Origin: Camelus dromedarius
Taxonomy: Eukaryota
Reading direction: 5' to 3'
Length of the DNA: 64,000 nucleotides
Assembly (NCBI RefSeq): GCF_036321535.1
Contig: NC_087436.1
Span: 112,842,001 to 112,906,000, forward strand
Below are positions 1 to 14,534 of this stretch, in pieces. Position 1 is the stretch's first letter. Each line of letters opens with the position of its first letter. The notes below the pieces were generated by a model. The model had not been told where the DNA came from and ran no database searches. It worked only from the letters and a program-made list of their open reading frames with translations. Made by a program: the position numbers and the translations under genes.

Positions 1-904
1 CAGACTGGATACTCCCCGAGGGCAGAGGGTGTTTTTCTCCCTGAAACCCTGAGAACAACACCTGGTACATGGAAGCAGCTCAGTATTTACTGAGTTTATC
101 AACCAAAGTCTATGAGAAGAGAGAACAAAAAATAATGGCCCCCCTTTTAACTGACAGAGAGGCTGCAAGGTTCCAAAGGCAACATAGACTTAAAAATCAC
201 GTTTTCAGTCTATGGTATGTTTGAACCTCCCAGCTCCATCTACCTGCCTTAACAAATGAAAACAACCCATGTTGAGATGTTTTCATTTGTAAACATCAGT
301 GTTACTTGACTTTACAATGAAAAAATCAAGGTAAGAACTTTTGTCAAAAATAGATGTCCTTCATTAAAAAGAAGGAATTTATGTCAGAGAAATAAAAACA
401 GTATCTAAATACTGTTTAAGCCTCAAGGTACTGTTCTAAAGCATTTTACATCATTCTCTCAATTGCTTTTACCAAAGTAGGTCTTAGAGTACAGACAGAA
501 TATATACATGTAAACCACATGTTTGAATGGATATAATCTCAAAGCCCATTAAAACGAGGGACTGGTCTCCTGGAAGAATAGTGAGATGGAGGGTTTTCTG
601 AAGGACTCAAGGCTCAGGTCTTTGGGGCCAGTTAGGATGCAGATTATTCCAAACTGACCGGGTGCAGGGGTCCCGTGGGAAAGGTGTGGTGATGCCCTGA
701 TGTACTTCTGGTTCCTGCACTGACTTTTTGATTTAGGAAAGTTCCTTCTGTCCATGACAGGCAGTAGACCCAGGGTCACTGTGGAAGACAAAAATGCCTT
801 CCCACCAGAGAGCTCAGAGCACATGGTGAGTTGGGTGCTCGAGGCTTGGTTGGCAGAGGCACTGCCTGTCTCTATGGAGACAGAGCTGGTGGAGGCAGCC
901 TTAC

Positions 905-1031
905 CTTGTCTCTGGGAATCGAGTGCCAAGAGAGGTTCAAAAAAAGGTCGTAGTCTGAGGGAACCACGGAACAGGGATTCTTATCCAGCACCACTTTAAA
1001 TGCCTCCCAGATAGCTGTGCAGTTCTTGTCC
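905..1031 (-). CDS. BST1: BST1 (CD157, ADP-ribosyl cyclase 2) coding exon 2; the gene continues off the left edge of the window
   Basis: Translates (R)DKNCTAIWEAFKVVLDKNPCSVVPSDYDLFLNLSWHSIPRDK, matching BST1. Acceptor tttctgcAG at 1033-1032 and donor GTAAGG at 904. 127 nt, phase-compatible with exon 1. Confidence 0.96.
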
Positions 1032-1893
1032 CTGCAGAAAAGTACAAGTTCAAAAAAAAAAAAGACCACATTTCAATGTAATACATTTCTGTTTCTCTCT
1101 CCAAGAGTTTTTCATGAGCAATTTCCCCAACTATCAGCTCTACAGAACTAGGCATACAAAAAAGACAGGAAATTGTCATGACTCAGGCATTCCCTAATTC
1201 CCAAGAGGAAGAAAAACAACTTTGGTAATGCATTTAGAAGGCTGACAGTGGACGTGTCCTTCAGCAAGTGCTACACATATTTCATAACAGGCTTACAGAG
1301 ACAGCAGAAAATGCACGGGCTCGGGGTGCCTCTCCATTCACACACAGGTCCATTGTGGGGCTGGGGGCCAGGTGAGAGCAGGTGATGCAGGACTTTGTAA
1401 AATCAGGAGTGAGCAGCGAGGGTTGAGAAAGGCTGTTCCACCTCCTGCTAAGGCAGAAAGTATGACTTTCAGGGCTCTCCGCCACCCCTGAAGTCCAGTC
1501 TAGTGTTCCAAAAAACTTCCCCACCCCATTTGTAACTTGTCATTTCTCATATTGGGCAGTGAGTTCCTCGTATTGTTCTCTGCTCTTATTTGTGTGAAAT
1601 GAGGCACAATAAAAACAATTGGCACAAGAAAGGAGTTTATGAGAACAGAACAAGTGGGGCCAAAGAAGGAACAAAAATTAGTAAGAAGCACAGTGCTGGC
1701 AAGAGAGACTCAAACTTTAAAAGTCGTCTAAATTAGAAGATCTGAAATTTTAATTCCCAGAGTACCTGGACTCGAAGAATTCCAGCTGGAGACCATGTTT
1801 CTGGGTGTGACGGTTCTGGTTAAGCTTACGCTGGCGGTCATCCAAACTCACGGCTACCAATCCTCAGCTACCCCCAACAACCTCCTGTTCAGT

Positions 1894-1913
1894 TACACAC
1901 ACACACACACACA
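1894..1913. repeat. (AC)n microsatellite in BST1 intron 1
   Basis: Direct reading of an acacac... run. Confidence 0.9.
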
Positions 1914-1959
1914 CCCCTCACATCCAGACCCCACACAGTTCACCCCTCCCCAGTAGATT

Positions 1960-2500
1960 CCCCGTCCCTGCTCCCTCTCCCCTTCCTCTCCCCGGCCCCT
2001 CGCCCGCCGCGCTCACCGCAGCTCCGGGCTCCCCAGCGCGGAGTACTCGGCGCAGCGGCCCAGGAAGATGCTCTGCAGGTGCGGGACGGTGCCCTGGCCG
2101 CTCCACCGCGCGGCCCCAGCGCCCGCGGCCCGCGGCAGCAGCAGCAGCAGCAGGAGGAGCAGCAGCGCGGGCAGCTGCAGCCCGGCCGGCGAGCGCCCCC
2201 GGGCAGCCATCGCAGGCACTTTTGGAGTGCCTCCTGGACTCGCCTCCTCCCCTCGCACTAAGGTGGCTCCCCCCGCCTCGCCCTAAAGCCGGCTGCGCTC
2301 ACTTCCTGCCCCCGCTTCTGCTTCAGCTCTAGGACCGACTTGGGACATCACCGGGGACAGGACTATTGCCCTTGGCTAATCTTGGCCGGAGTCCACGAGG
2401 AGGGAGCCCCAAAGAAGAAGTGAAGTTGGAGAAGGGGGGGGGGGGCGGGCGAGCTCAGTCACCAAAAGGAAGATTTTTCTGGCTTCAAACTGCGACCACT
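1960..2500 (-). promoter_or_regulatory. BST1: BST1 CpG-rich promoter and exon 1 region
   Basis: High GC and CpG content around the ATG, GC boxes, and an ETS-type ACTTCCTG at 2301-2308. Confidence 0.75.
2017..2210 (-). CDS. BST1: BST1 coding exon 1 (signal peptide and N-terminus)
   Basis: ATG at 2210. Translates MAARGRSPAGLQLPALLLLLLLLLLPRAAGAGAARWSGQGTVPHLQSIFLGRCAEYSALGSPELR, with the CD38/BST1 motif W-x-G-x-GT...IFLGRC. Donor GTGAGC at 2016. Confidence 0.96.
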
Positions 2501-3699
2501 CAGAGAGACGCCCTCTTTCTCACTGGCCAATGATGAGTGGACGGTGTTTGTTTTCAGGAAATAATGACCACATAAGCTAATATATATCGAGCTGTTACTA
2601 TGTACCAAGCACTCTACAAGCATAATTTTCATTTCCTTTTCACACATCCTTCCAAGCTCGGCTTATCGCCCCCACTACAGGTGAGTACATTCAGGGACCC
2701 GAAGTCACTTGTCAGACGTCACAGTCTCCCTTCTAGATGGATGCAAAATCCTAGAGACAATCAGTTTAGAGAGCTAAGATTAACAGAACTCCACGTGGAG
2801 GGCCAAGTCCTCAACGTCCACAGTAATGATAGCTGTGACCTGATTGCCTGGCAGACATGTGACAAGTGTAGGAGGCCAGTGAAAGTAGGTTCGGAGGGTT
2901 CTATAATATTTAATTTTAATTTTAATCCCCCCCCCCATTTTAAAGTTTATAACCAAAACCTGCACTTTCCTGTCCAGCCCCTCCCTAATTCAAGTTCATT
3001 TTCCAGAAATAAGCCTTTTAAATTCTTTCAACAGGTTTTCCCCCCCTGGTATTTACTTCCACATTTCCAAATAATATTGCCTATATGCTGTTTCTTGATG
3101 TTTGCATCTTGGATAATATTATTTGACTTCCCACTATGGAAAAGAAAACTTTTTCTTTAACCCCACACATCCTCAAAAGACATCCTTCTGTATTCTTTGT
3201 TGTCCAAGTGGTTTTATCAAAAGCTTTAAATCAATAATCAGCATTTACATTATTATGACTTGTGCATATTATTCATGGATGAGCTTAGAGTATTCTGTGA
3301 TTATGTTTCCTTCCTTGCGAATTTCGCGCTTACCTTAGAGGTAACAATTTTCTCCCTTTCCCTCACCTCCATCCCTGGCTTATTTGTTTGTTTGCTTGGG
3401 ATTATATGTACACTTATAATTATGGTCAAATTCTCTGCAAGACATATAAATCTCTCAGTGCATTTAAAGCATCAGTCAATATTTCAGGAGGTGTGGTGTG
3501 TGTGATTCCTCTCTCTCTCTCTTTGGTTTCTTGGAAACACTCTTTTGTGTCCAATTTACTGTCACAGTCTGAGCTTACTGCTCTCTTGACTTGCTGCATA
3601 GCTGTCTTGCAGGAGCCCAGGAAAACGCCCCTTCTTGTCTCCCCTGGGCTGATGCCCTGTTTCCTAGATCCCATGTCTTCCTCTTTCTTGTTTTATGGA

Positions 3700-4900
3700 G
3701 CACATCTTCCAATATCTTCTTGAGAAGATGCCATAGGGGCTAAATTTTTTGAGATTTACATAATAACACAAAACATCATTATTCTACCCTCACATTCAAT
3801 TGAGAGTTTGGTTGGAGAGAATTTTAAGTTGAAAATCATTTTCTCTCAAAAATTTGAAGGCAGGGCTCCATTGTTTTCTGATTACTATGATACTGTTGAA
3901 AAATCTAAAGGCATTTTTGTGATCTTGTTTATTTGACCTGTTTCTTCTCTCTGGAAGTTTTTAGGACAAACCTCAAGAGTATGAAATTTCAGAGATGAAC
4001 ATAAGGGTGAGTAGTTTTCATTCATTGTGCTGACAGCTCTAGAAAGGATGTTTCCAAGAAACAAAAAAGAGAGTGAAAGATGTCACACCCATACCACCTG
4101 AAGTATTGATTGATGCTTTTGAATGCATTGAGAGATTTGTATGTCTTGTAGAGAATTTGACCATAATCATAAATGTAGGTAGAATACCAATCAAACAAAT
4201 AAGGTGGAGGTCAGGGAGAGGAAGACAATTATTATCTCTAAGTTAAGCAGGAAGTTTACAAGAAAAAAAAATGTAACCATGGAATACTCTAAGCCAGCCA
4301 TGAATAATATTCACAAGTCATAATAATGTAAATGCTGATTACTGCTTTAAAGCTTGTGTCCAGAAAATAGAAAGAACTCAACAACTCCAAAATAAGAAAA
4401 ACCCAAATTTTAAAATGGGCAAAACAGTTGAGCAGATAATTCACCAAAGGAGATATTCCACTACTAAGTATTTACCAAAGAAAAAATGAAAATGTGTTTA
4501 CCCAAAGCTTTATCCACGAAATGTTCAGAGCAGTTTAATTCGCAATAGCCCCTAAACAATGCAAACGCCCAACATGAGAAGAATAAACGAACTATGATAT
4601 GGTCTACAATGAAATACTACTAAGCAATCCAAAGAACAAGCTACAGATATACTGAAGAATCTAAAAAATACACACACTGAGTGAAAGAAGCTAAATAGAA
4701 GAGATACACAGTTTATCACTCCCCATATACGAGGTTCTAGAAGAAGAAATAGGATGCTGACATACAGAGTTGGCAGGAAAGAGATTTCAGAAGGAACCAA
4801 CTGCCTAAGCAAAGGCAGAATAATGGGAAAGCCTGGGGCATCTCCTGAAAAAGGTAAAATTTTAATTTGACTGGTAAATAGGGTGCAGGCTGACACTTGA
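3700..4900. mobile_element. Old LINE-1 fragments (mixed orientation)
   Basis: L1 3'-end-like text, e.g. aaaatgggcaaaacagttgagcagataattcaccaaaggagatat and gaaatgttcagagcagtttaattcgcaatagcc. Boundaries approximate. Confidence 0.65.
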
Positions 4901-5687
4901 CAAAAAAACAAAACAAAACAAAACAAAAAAAAAAAAAACAACTAGGGCCCAGTCTTAACCTTGGACACAATACTGATTTGGACTTTTTTCTCTTGAACAT
5001 CAAGTGCTTTCAATAATTCCTGAACTTCCTTGTTCAAATTTTGTCTTGTTGGTGGGTTGGAATTTTGAGTTGTTAAGGGATGAAGCAAGAAGGATCGTGA
5101 ATTTGAAGGTCTTAGAACAGGTTTCATAGTGTCCTCTCAATAAATATTTTAAATACTTAGCATCATCTTCTTTGCTTCTTGTGTTTATTTTCTGTTGTGG
5201 TAAGCTGAGTCCTGGCCCCAAAGCTGTCCGTGTCCTAGTCCCCTGAAACCTGTGAATATATTATGTTACACAGTAAGAGGGACTTTGCAAATGTGATTAA
5301 GTTAAGGATTTGAGATGAAGAGATTATAATGGGTTGTCTGGATGGGCCCCAATATAATCATATGTGAAGGCAATCACATAGAGAAGTGATCATACAGAGA
5401 ATGCAGTGTGATGTTGGGAGCAGAGAGATATTTGAAAGTGCTTTGCTGCTGGCTTTGAAGACACAGGAAGGGACCAGGAGACAGGGAATGCAGGCAGACT
5501 CTACAAGCTGGAAAAAGTAAGGAAACAGATTCTTCCCTAGAGGCTCCAGAAGGAACAAACTCTGTGGATACCTTGACTTTAGTCCAGGGAGACTATCATT
5601 GGACTTCTGATCTTCAAAAGATAATAATTTCATGTTGTTTTAAGCCAATAATTTTGTAGTGGTTTGTTACAGCAGCAAAAGTGGGGG

Positions 5688-5790
5688 TGGGTGGGGTATA
5701 GCTCAGTGGTAGAGCGCACGACCAGCATGCATGAGGTCCTGGGTTCCATCCCCAGGGCCTCCGTCAAAAGTAATAAAATGAAAAAATTTT
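5688..5790 (+). mobile_element. tRNA-derived SINE (Vic-1-like)
   Basis: ggggtatagctcagtggtagagcgc...catgaggtcctgggttccatcccc with Pol III A/B boxes and an A-rich tail; inserted in the MLT1 LTR end. Confidence 0.85.
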
Positions 5791-5837
5791 CAAAAGCAAT
5801 AGGAAATGAGCACAAATTTCGGTATCTGGAAGTATCC

Positions 5838-6027
5838 CTCTTTCTGCCTCCCTTTTTCCTTCAGACTGAGGTTCGGACATCACTAGCACAGGACTGTTAC
5901 TCTTGGTTAATCTGGGCCAGAGTCGGCAAGGAGTGTGCCCCAAAGAAGAAGCGAGACTGAAGAACAGGCGAGGTGAGCTCAGCCATCAGAAGAAAGACAT
6001 TTTTCTGGTTCCAAACTATGACAACTC
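5838..6027 (+). repeat. Diverged ~190 bp direct copy of the BST1 proximal promoter (2300-2501)
   Basis: Collinear shared blocks: ggacatcac, caggact, cttgg-taatct-ggcc, gccccaaagaagaag, gagctcag, tttttctgg-t-caaact. Confidence 0.85.
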
Positions 6028-7605
6028 TACTGTAAGAAATATTAAAAATATTAAAGTGGTTTGGAAGTGGGTAATGGGTTGAAGAGAAGCTGGAAGAATT
6101 TTGAGGAACATGATAGAAAAATCCTAGATTGCCTTTAATAAACTGTTCGTAGAAATATGGGTGCTAAAGATGCTTCTGGTGAGGTCCTGGAGGGAAGTGA
6201 AGAGCTTAATAGAGAAAACCTGTATGGTCTTAATACCGAAATCATAAACACTGTTTGTAGAAAAGTGGATTTTAAAAGCATTGTTAGTGAGGGTTCAGAA
6301 GGAAATGAGAAACGTTTTTGGAAACTGGAGGAAAGGGGATTCTGTTATATAATGGTAGAAAGCTTAGATTGTGTCCCATAATTATATAGAAAACAGGACA
6401 TACAAGTAATAAACTTGGATATTTGGTTGAGATTTCCAAGCCAAATACTGAAGATGTGACCTGGTTTATTCTTGTTGCTAAAAGTGAAATGTAATGGAGA
6501 GAACTGTTACAAAAAGGAACTGGAATTTGATGATCTGGGAAATTGTCAACCTACCCAGATTGCAGAAGATGCTTAATTTAACAGATCCACTGTCAGGGAA
6601 GCATGCTCTGGAGAATAAGTCAGTGATGTGGTTACAATATTTTCTTAATTAGAAAAAATTTTAATTGTGGTAAAGTATACATAAAAGTTATTATCTTAAG
6701 TATTTTTAAGTGTGGATAGACTTCTGCTAGCACTTGGGAAGTACAACAGTTTAGAGCATTCAAGTATACAGAGGGCTCTTTGAAGGGGCGTGTGACTTAG
6801 GGGTCCTGTCAGCCACCTCAGAACCAAAAACAGAGATGAGATTATTCAGCAAAGATCTGTAGAGGAGCATCTTTTCTAATGGAGTGAATCCCTGTGATCC
6901 GCAGAGTTTTGAGAATGCTATACCAACAAAGACATTGTCAAGTTGGACTAAATGTGACTGAGGACAAAAACGAAAAGGCTGTCAGACTCACAAAATTCTA
7001 CAGGCAGAGAACAGGCTGATAAAAACTACTGACATGTGCTACTTTTTATGGAAAAGGATGACCCCAAGGGTGGAGCCGCAGCTCCAGAGAGTGGAGTCAG
7101 CGGTCCAGAGGGCAGAGGCATGAGCCACATGAGAATTATGCAATGGAATTTGCCTAGGTAGGCTTTGAAAGTGATTTGCTGGTGACTCTTTCATTTTCTC
7201 CCTTCTTGGACGGGAATGGAGCTGTTACCCTATGCCTGTCCCACTGCTGTATTTTAGGAGCACAGACATGCTTTCTAGTTTCACAGGTTCACAGAGGACT
7301 TTGCCCCAGGGTCTTTGCATCCATAGGGTAATTTAGATGATTAGATATGAGATTTGAGACCCTTGAGTTGAGGCTCAGATGAGATTTTAGACTTGAGTTA
7401 GTGCTGTAATGGCTGCGATTTTGTGGGGCCTTGGAATGGGCAAAGGTATTTCTCATGTGGGATGTATAAGAGTCTTTGAGGACTGGGGGTAGACTGTGAT
7501 AGACTGAATAATGGTACCCACTGAAGATGGCCAAGTCTCAATCCCTGGAACCTGTGACTACATTGCCATACATGGTAAAAAGGATTTTGCAGAAGTGACA
7601 TATAC

Positions 7606-8051
7606 TGTTAGAAAGACACAAGACCTTTGGGTCAGAGATAAAATTTATTACTCATAGCAGAAAAAAAAAAAAAAGAAAAAGAAAAAGAAAAAGTCACCCA
7701 GATCAGCCTTGTGATTTGGTCCCCCCACACCCCAATTCCCACAGACATTACCTCTGCACGCAGTGGTCATGCCCCCGGGGACTCTGTATTTATGGGGCTG
7801 CTGGTCCATCTTCTCATCCTTCCCTACAGAGAGATCACTCATTACTCCTGGAATGCAAGCAAATATCTCCAGTGAGGGAAGGAGACTGCTTTATCTTTAC
7901 TTCCCTGGGATGTTTTTAGGAACAATGTCTAGTTTACCATCCTGGGATGTCTCCTTATACGAACGTCCTTAACTTGGAAGCAAATACTTCCATTCAGAGG
8001 ATCTAGACTGGGCAGAAATGTAAGCTATTCATGGAGAATTGTCTTCCAACA
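7606..8051 (-). mobile_element. Solo LTR (family not assigned)
   Basis: TG...CA termini (tgttagaaag...cttccaaca); tttatt (AATAAA on the minus strand) near the left end. Confidence 0.6.
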
Positions 8052-8598
8052 CTTTAAGAATCAAAAAGTGTGTGTGTGTGTGAGGGGAATCTACTACCTT
8101 TAAACAAAAAATCTGAAAAATCAAACATTACAAGGCTGACCTTGAACACTGAAAGGCTAACCTATATGATTTTAGAGAAAGACCACGCCAAAAGAAACGT
8201 TACCCAGTGGAGTCAGGAAATACGTAAAGAGAGGCAGACGTTGAAATAGTTTGTGGAAGACAAATTAAGCATATAAGTTGCTTAATTTCCAGCAATAGTG
8301 TGAGGAAGCAACCTCAATCAGTGCTGTTCTGGGATGCTTATAGAGATTTTAAATGTAAAAAGAGAAAAGAAATTTGCCATACATTTAACAATTGTTCCTG
8401 GGAATATGACCTCATGTTACAGGTGTTAAGATATCATTGATTCACTGGTTCTTCACCAAATGTAAACTGAATATCCACTTAATATGTATCAGGCAAGGTG
8501 GACATGATCTTTGCTTCTCTGGAGCGTTCATCCCAGGGTGGCAGACTGACAGAACTAGTAATGAAAGAAATACAAACATAATAAATTACATACTACCG

Positions 8599-8728
8599 AG
8601 GGGTGGATATAGCTCAGTGGTAGAGTGCGTGCTTAGCATGCACAAGGTCCTGGATTCAATCCCCAGTAACTCCACTGAAATAAATGAATAAATAAACCTA
8701 ATTACTTTCCCCAAGAAATATTTAAAAA
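8599..8728 (+). mobile_element. tRNA-derived SINE (Vic-1-like)
   Basis: tatagctcagtggtagagtgcgtgcttagcatgcacaaggtcc...aataaataaacctaattac. Confidence 0.88.
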
Positions 8729-9285
8729 AGTAAGTTACAAATTACCAAGAAAACAAAGAAATAAAAGAATAATGAAGGATGTACCCAAACTACGGTCCTT
8801 AGGTGAGATCTCTTTAAAGAGGTAACATTTAGTTCAATCTATTCTCAAAACAGAAGTCAGAGTGAGTTTTTAAAAACCTAATTCACATCCTGTGTCTCCT
8901 CTGCAGGACCCTTCCATTGCTCTCCATTCCACTGACAAAACCTCACAGGCCTTATAATGGTCTAGAGCCCTTCACGATGTGGTCCCCAAATAGTTCCCCA
9001 ACCTCCTTTCTTATTACTCTCTAAAACACTTATTACCTTCTAAATATTATAAAGCTTATCTATCATGTTTACTGTCTCTCGCTCTCCTTGCCAGAACATA
9101 AGCCCCACTAGAGAATGATCTGTTTCCTTCACTTTGTATCCTAAATGTCTCTAGAACAATTCCTGAGCTCTAATAGAAGTTCATTAAATTTTTGTTCAAT
9201 GAACATAAAAGTACATTATGATTTTATTCATACTCAAATATAGCAAAAACAAAAACAAAAAGTTATCACATACAATGCTGTATTA

Positions 9286-11329
<2,044 letters not shown>

Positions 11330-11376
11330 TTTAAAAGCAATTTTGAAAAAATGTTTTAATTGCCACTAACTCAAAT

Positions 11377-11377
11377 T

Positions 11378-11408
<31 letters not shown>
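11377..11408. repeat. (TTTA)n microsatellite just upstream of the FAM200B ATG
   Basis: Direct reading. Confidence 0.9.
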
Positions 11409-11729
11409 TAGCCTGGATAACATCTTTCTAAAAAATGCAGTTTACAACTGAATCTCAGTTGAACATCTCAGACTTTCATCCGGTTGCAAGTCATGGTGAT
11501 AAAAAACTAGACTGCACATTGACCTTGTTATTATGAAAACCAAACAAGACATCAGTGGACAAATGACTGAAAAAAACATTTCTTGGGCATCCTATCACCT
11601 CGACCAAATCTTTCCTCATAGTGGAACTGACCTTAGTATTCCTTGCAATGTGCACAATTCTGGCAAAGGATTCATGCAGAGAATATTCATTCTGATATTT
11701 TATATTTTATTTTGTCTCAACAAAATGTT

Positions 11730-11797
11730 CGTCGTGACTCACAAAATTGATCACATGACCTACTAAATGGGTCACACACATAATGTGAAGAACACTC
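11730..11797 (-). mobile_element. Relic left terminus of the hAT-Charlie element that donated FAM200B
   Basis: Minus strand reads gagtgttcttcacattatgtgtgtgacccatttagtaggtcatgtgatcaattttgtgagtcacgac. This resembles Charlie-type ends and the MITE end at ~56470 in this window. Confidence 0.55.
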
Positions 11798-11949
11798 ATA
11801 CAGACATGTTTTCCTCTGTTGTGTTGGTAGCTTGACTATGTCTGTTTGATGATCAAAGAAACCAGCTGACTTGCGAAACTGTTGGCTGCTACAGGAAGTT
11901 TCTTGAAGTGGAAGGTATATATATCTCAGATTTTCATCCCTGATACTTT

Positions 11950-12410
11950 TTGATGGGGAGTATTTTTAAGAGTGCCAGTTATAGTCTGATCTACAGAGGA
12001 TCCAATGAGGTTTTCCATGGTTAGGTCAGCTATAAGGTTGGAGCTGGTGACATATTTTTTAAATTTTCTTGGAATGCATCCTTGACCTGGGAATAAGACT
12101 AGAGATATGACATTAAGCATGACAACACAGAGCAATATTATTGCCAGCTTTAGAGGCTTTTACAATATCCAAGGTCATGGGTGCTGAAGCAAAAAGCCTG
12201 CAGCGTCCTCAACACCACGTCATATAGGCTTAGGCCTGTTTCTCTAAGCCAAACCCTGCCGGAGTCCCGTTCCAGCAGGTCCAGGAGCACCCAGGGATGG
12301 ACGGCGTTGGCGAAAGAGGGACAGAGCCAGTCAAAGTTTGATCACCATGCAGGCAGCTCTGCAAGGCTTTCTTTATTTGTGGTATTTATACAATTTTATC
12401 AGACAGGTGA
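11950..12410 (-). pseudogene. Highly decayed DCAF16-like ORF remnant
   Basis: Collinear blocks versus recalled DCAF16: ESLA (12371-12360); W..DLLE..LRETGLSL vs W..KLLD..LREIGLRL (to 12226); aaaagcctct (12161-12152); gctctgtgttgtcatgc vs GCTCTCTAGAGATCATGC; IPRKFKKYVTS vs IPEYLKQIPNS; tagctgacctaacca vs TGGCTGACTAAAACA. Stops and frameshifts are present. Confidence 0.55.
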
Positions 12411-13416
12411 TTTCACATTGTGGCCAAGTTGACTCTTACACCTTCATTGTTTACATTGTTGACCTATTTTCCATACCCGGATGTGGTCATGGGCCTTTTT
12501 CGACTTGGTTGAACGTCATCACCCTTATGATTTCTTAAATTTTCCTCCTAGCCCTCTACCTAGTTAATCATTAACTTTCAACCTATTTTCAATTCTATTT
12601 AACTGAAGACTATGTCATAAAAACAAGCACAAAAAGAAAAGGTCACAAAGGTCCCAGCCAACTGGCGCCTGGAACCCAAACAGTGGGCTGATTATTGTTC
12701 TTATTACCTACAAGGAAAGCTATAGATATCTATCTTATGTTTTTTACAGAGCTGGCGGCACACACTGTCTTTAAGGCTTAAGGCATGACACACCATGGGA
12801 GCGCTGATCTTTTGATTTGTTCCCAAGTACTTAATGTGCCCTGCACAGTCATCATCATAGCCCCTATTATTTCCCCAGGTTGAGAATCATCCTGTACAGT
12901 TTTCAAAAAGCCCATGTATCCCAAAGATATCCCCAATCCAATTATAGGCACTATGAACAACAGAAGGAAATGCTAGTATTTTCCAGAGTGGCGACTGCTT
13001 TGCCATCCGCACGACCATTTTGCCCCAACTTTGTCAAGGGGCATCGACATTGGTGGAATGGCTCCCGGCAAAACCCCCTCGGCCAAGATTGGTAGATAGA
13101 AAAAATGATGTCAGTCAGACCCAGAAGTCAGTTTCAGGAGTTGTAAAGTACGCTGACAAAACTAAATCCAGCACACCACGGAGAAGCACGGCTCACTCGC
13201 TCTATGTACTTCCTCAAGTTTGGCCATGCCCCTCGTGGAAGTACTCACTGCACTGCTCTCTGAACCTGTCAGCATAACACACAGCGCTTCCTTACAAACC
13301 TCTCCATCAAGTCATGCCGTTTGTGAGAGGAGACAGGTCTTACATTTACCGTAGTGTTTATTAGAAATTAAAGGTCTTAACGATGAATACTTTTATTAGG
13401 ACTACTTGCGCTAACT

Positions 13417-13945
13417 GTATTTCTTTGTTTTCTGTATTCTTGATGCTCTGGCATCTGAGTTCTCACTAAACAGAGAGGGACTGTTCCTTCCAAGGTTAGC
13501 TAATTCCTAAGGGCAAACAACTTGACTGATAGTAAACACAGCCCAGGAACACAGTGTTCAAACCACAGGTATTCCCCTGCCCTGGTCACCCCGGGGCCAG
13601 GCACCAGGTAACTAGGGACAGCCCCCATGCCCCGAAGCCCAGTAAAATTATTCAAAAAGCCAATCTGAAACCTGTTTGCTGGGTCTGGCCAATTCTCTCC
13701 CCAGAAAACCCAGATACAGGCTTTTCCACAGTTCCCCTTCTGCTCCCTCTCCCTCCTGCCCAATCTTAGGGCTCCCCAGCGTGCCCCCCGTCCTCCGCTG
13801 TGTGGCGTGGCAATGGCATGCTCTTCCTTCTGTATCTAGGGGTAAGTATAAAAACCACCTGCTTCATGAGAGCCATTTCTGTGTCTGTGTGTATTATCAC
13901 ACCTGATTAAAACAAATCCTGGGTAAACCATTTTTATTTTGTTAT
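13417..13945 (+). mobile_element. ERVL-type LTR (MER74-like)
   Basis: gagggactg..ccttcc-aaggttagctaattccta..., a typical ERVL LTR motif. Boundaries approximate. Confidence 0.55.
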
Positions 13946-14534
13946 TGCTCTGGTTACAAAGTTGTACAGTTTGGCCCTAATCCTATTTTCCCCATAAGGT
14001 CTGTTATTTTTTAGAACAAATTTTGCCTTCCATGGGTTCTTCTAGGAAGTCAGTGTTGAAGCTGAAACACCCATATCTTGAGATTACTTTTATTACTTGC
14101 CTGGCGCATAAATTCCCCCAATCACTTGATAAGAAGATTGGAATCCCTCAGTTTTGGGGACATATTAAATATTTTTCATTCTAGCTATCACCCATCCTCC
14201 ATGAGTGAACAGAGTACAGTACATAAATAAGTATGGGTTTCGGTAATACCAGGCAGTACTCAAAACTGTGCTACAAATTATCTGCGTGCCATCAATTTTC
14301 ATCAGCCTGTCACCACTGTATTTATGTGGAGGCTAGTCTTTTAATAATAAAGACAGCCTTTGAAAGAGCCATCATAGGGCATAGTGACATTGAAACAAGA
14401 AAGATGTTGCCAGAGGGAGGAAGCCATAGCCTTGGTGAGATTGTTCCTTGAGACTTCATTAATTATATTTATATGGGCTTTACTCTTAACTGTAAACTTG
14501 AAGGAGACTTACAGTATGCCATGTATAATGCATT

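Larger units (their letters stand above)
5196..7600 (+). mobile_element. ERVL-MaLR (MLT1-type) provirus: 5' LTR ~5196-5814, internal region, and truncated 3' LTR from 7495
   Basis: Both LTR starts read tgtg(g/a)...cctg(g/a)aacctgtga. The first LTR ends with the MLT1-type gttttaagcca...gtttgttacagcagca. MLT1-int-like sequence lies between them. Confidence 0.75.

Noticed and set aside
5688..5765. tRNA-like sequence here and at the other SINE heads
   Set aside because: These are SINE heads with A-rich tails and TSDs, with no intact cloverleaf acceptor stem; not tRNA genes
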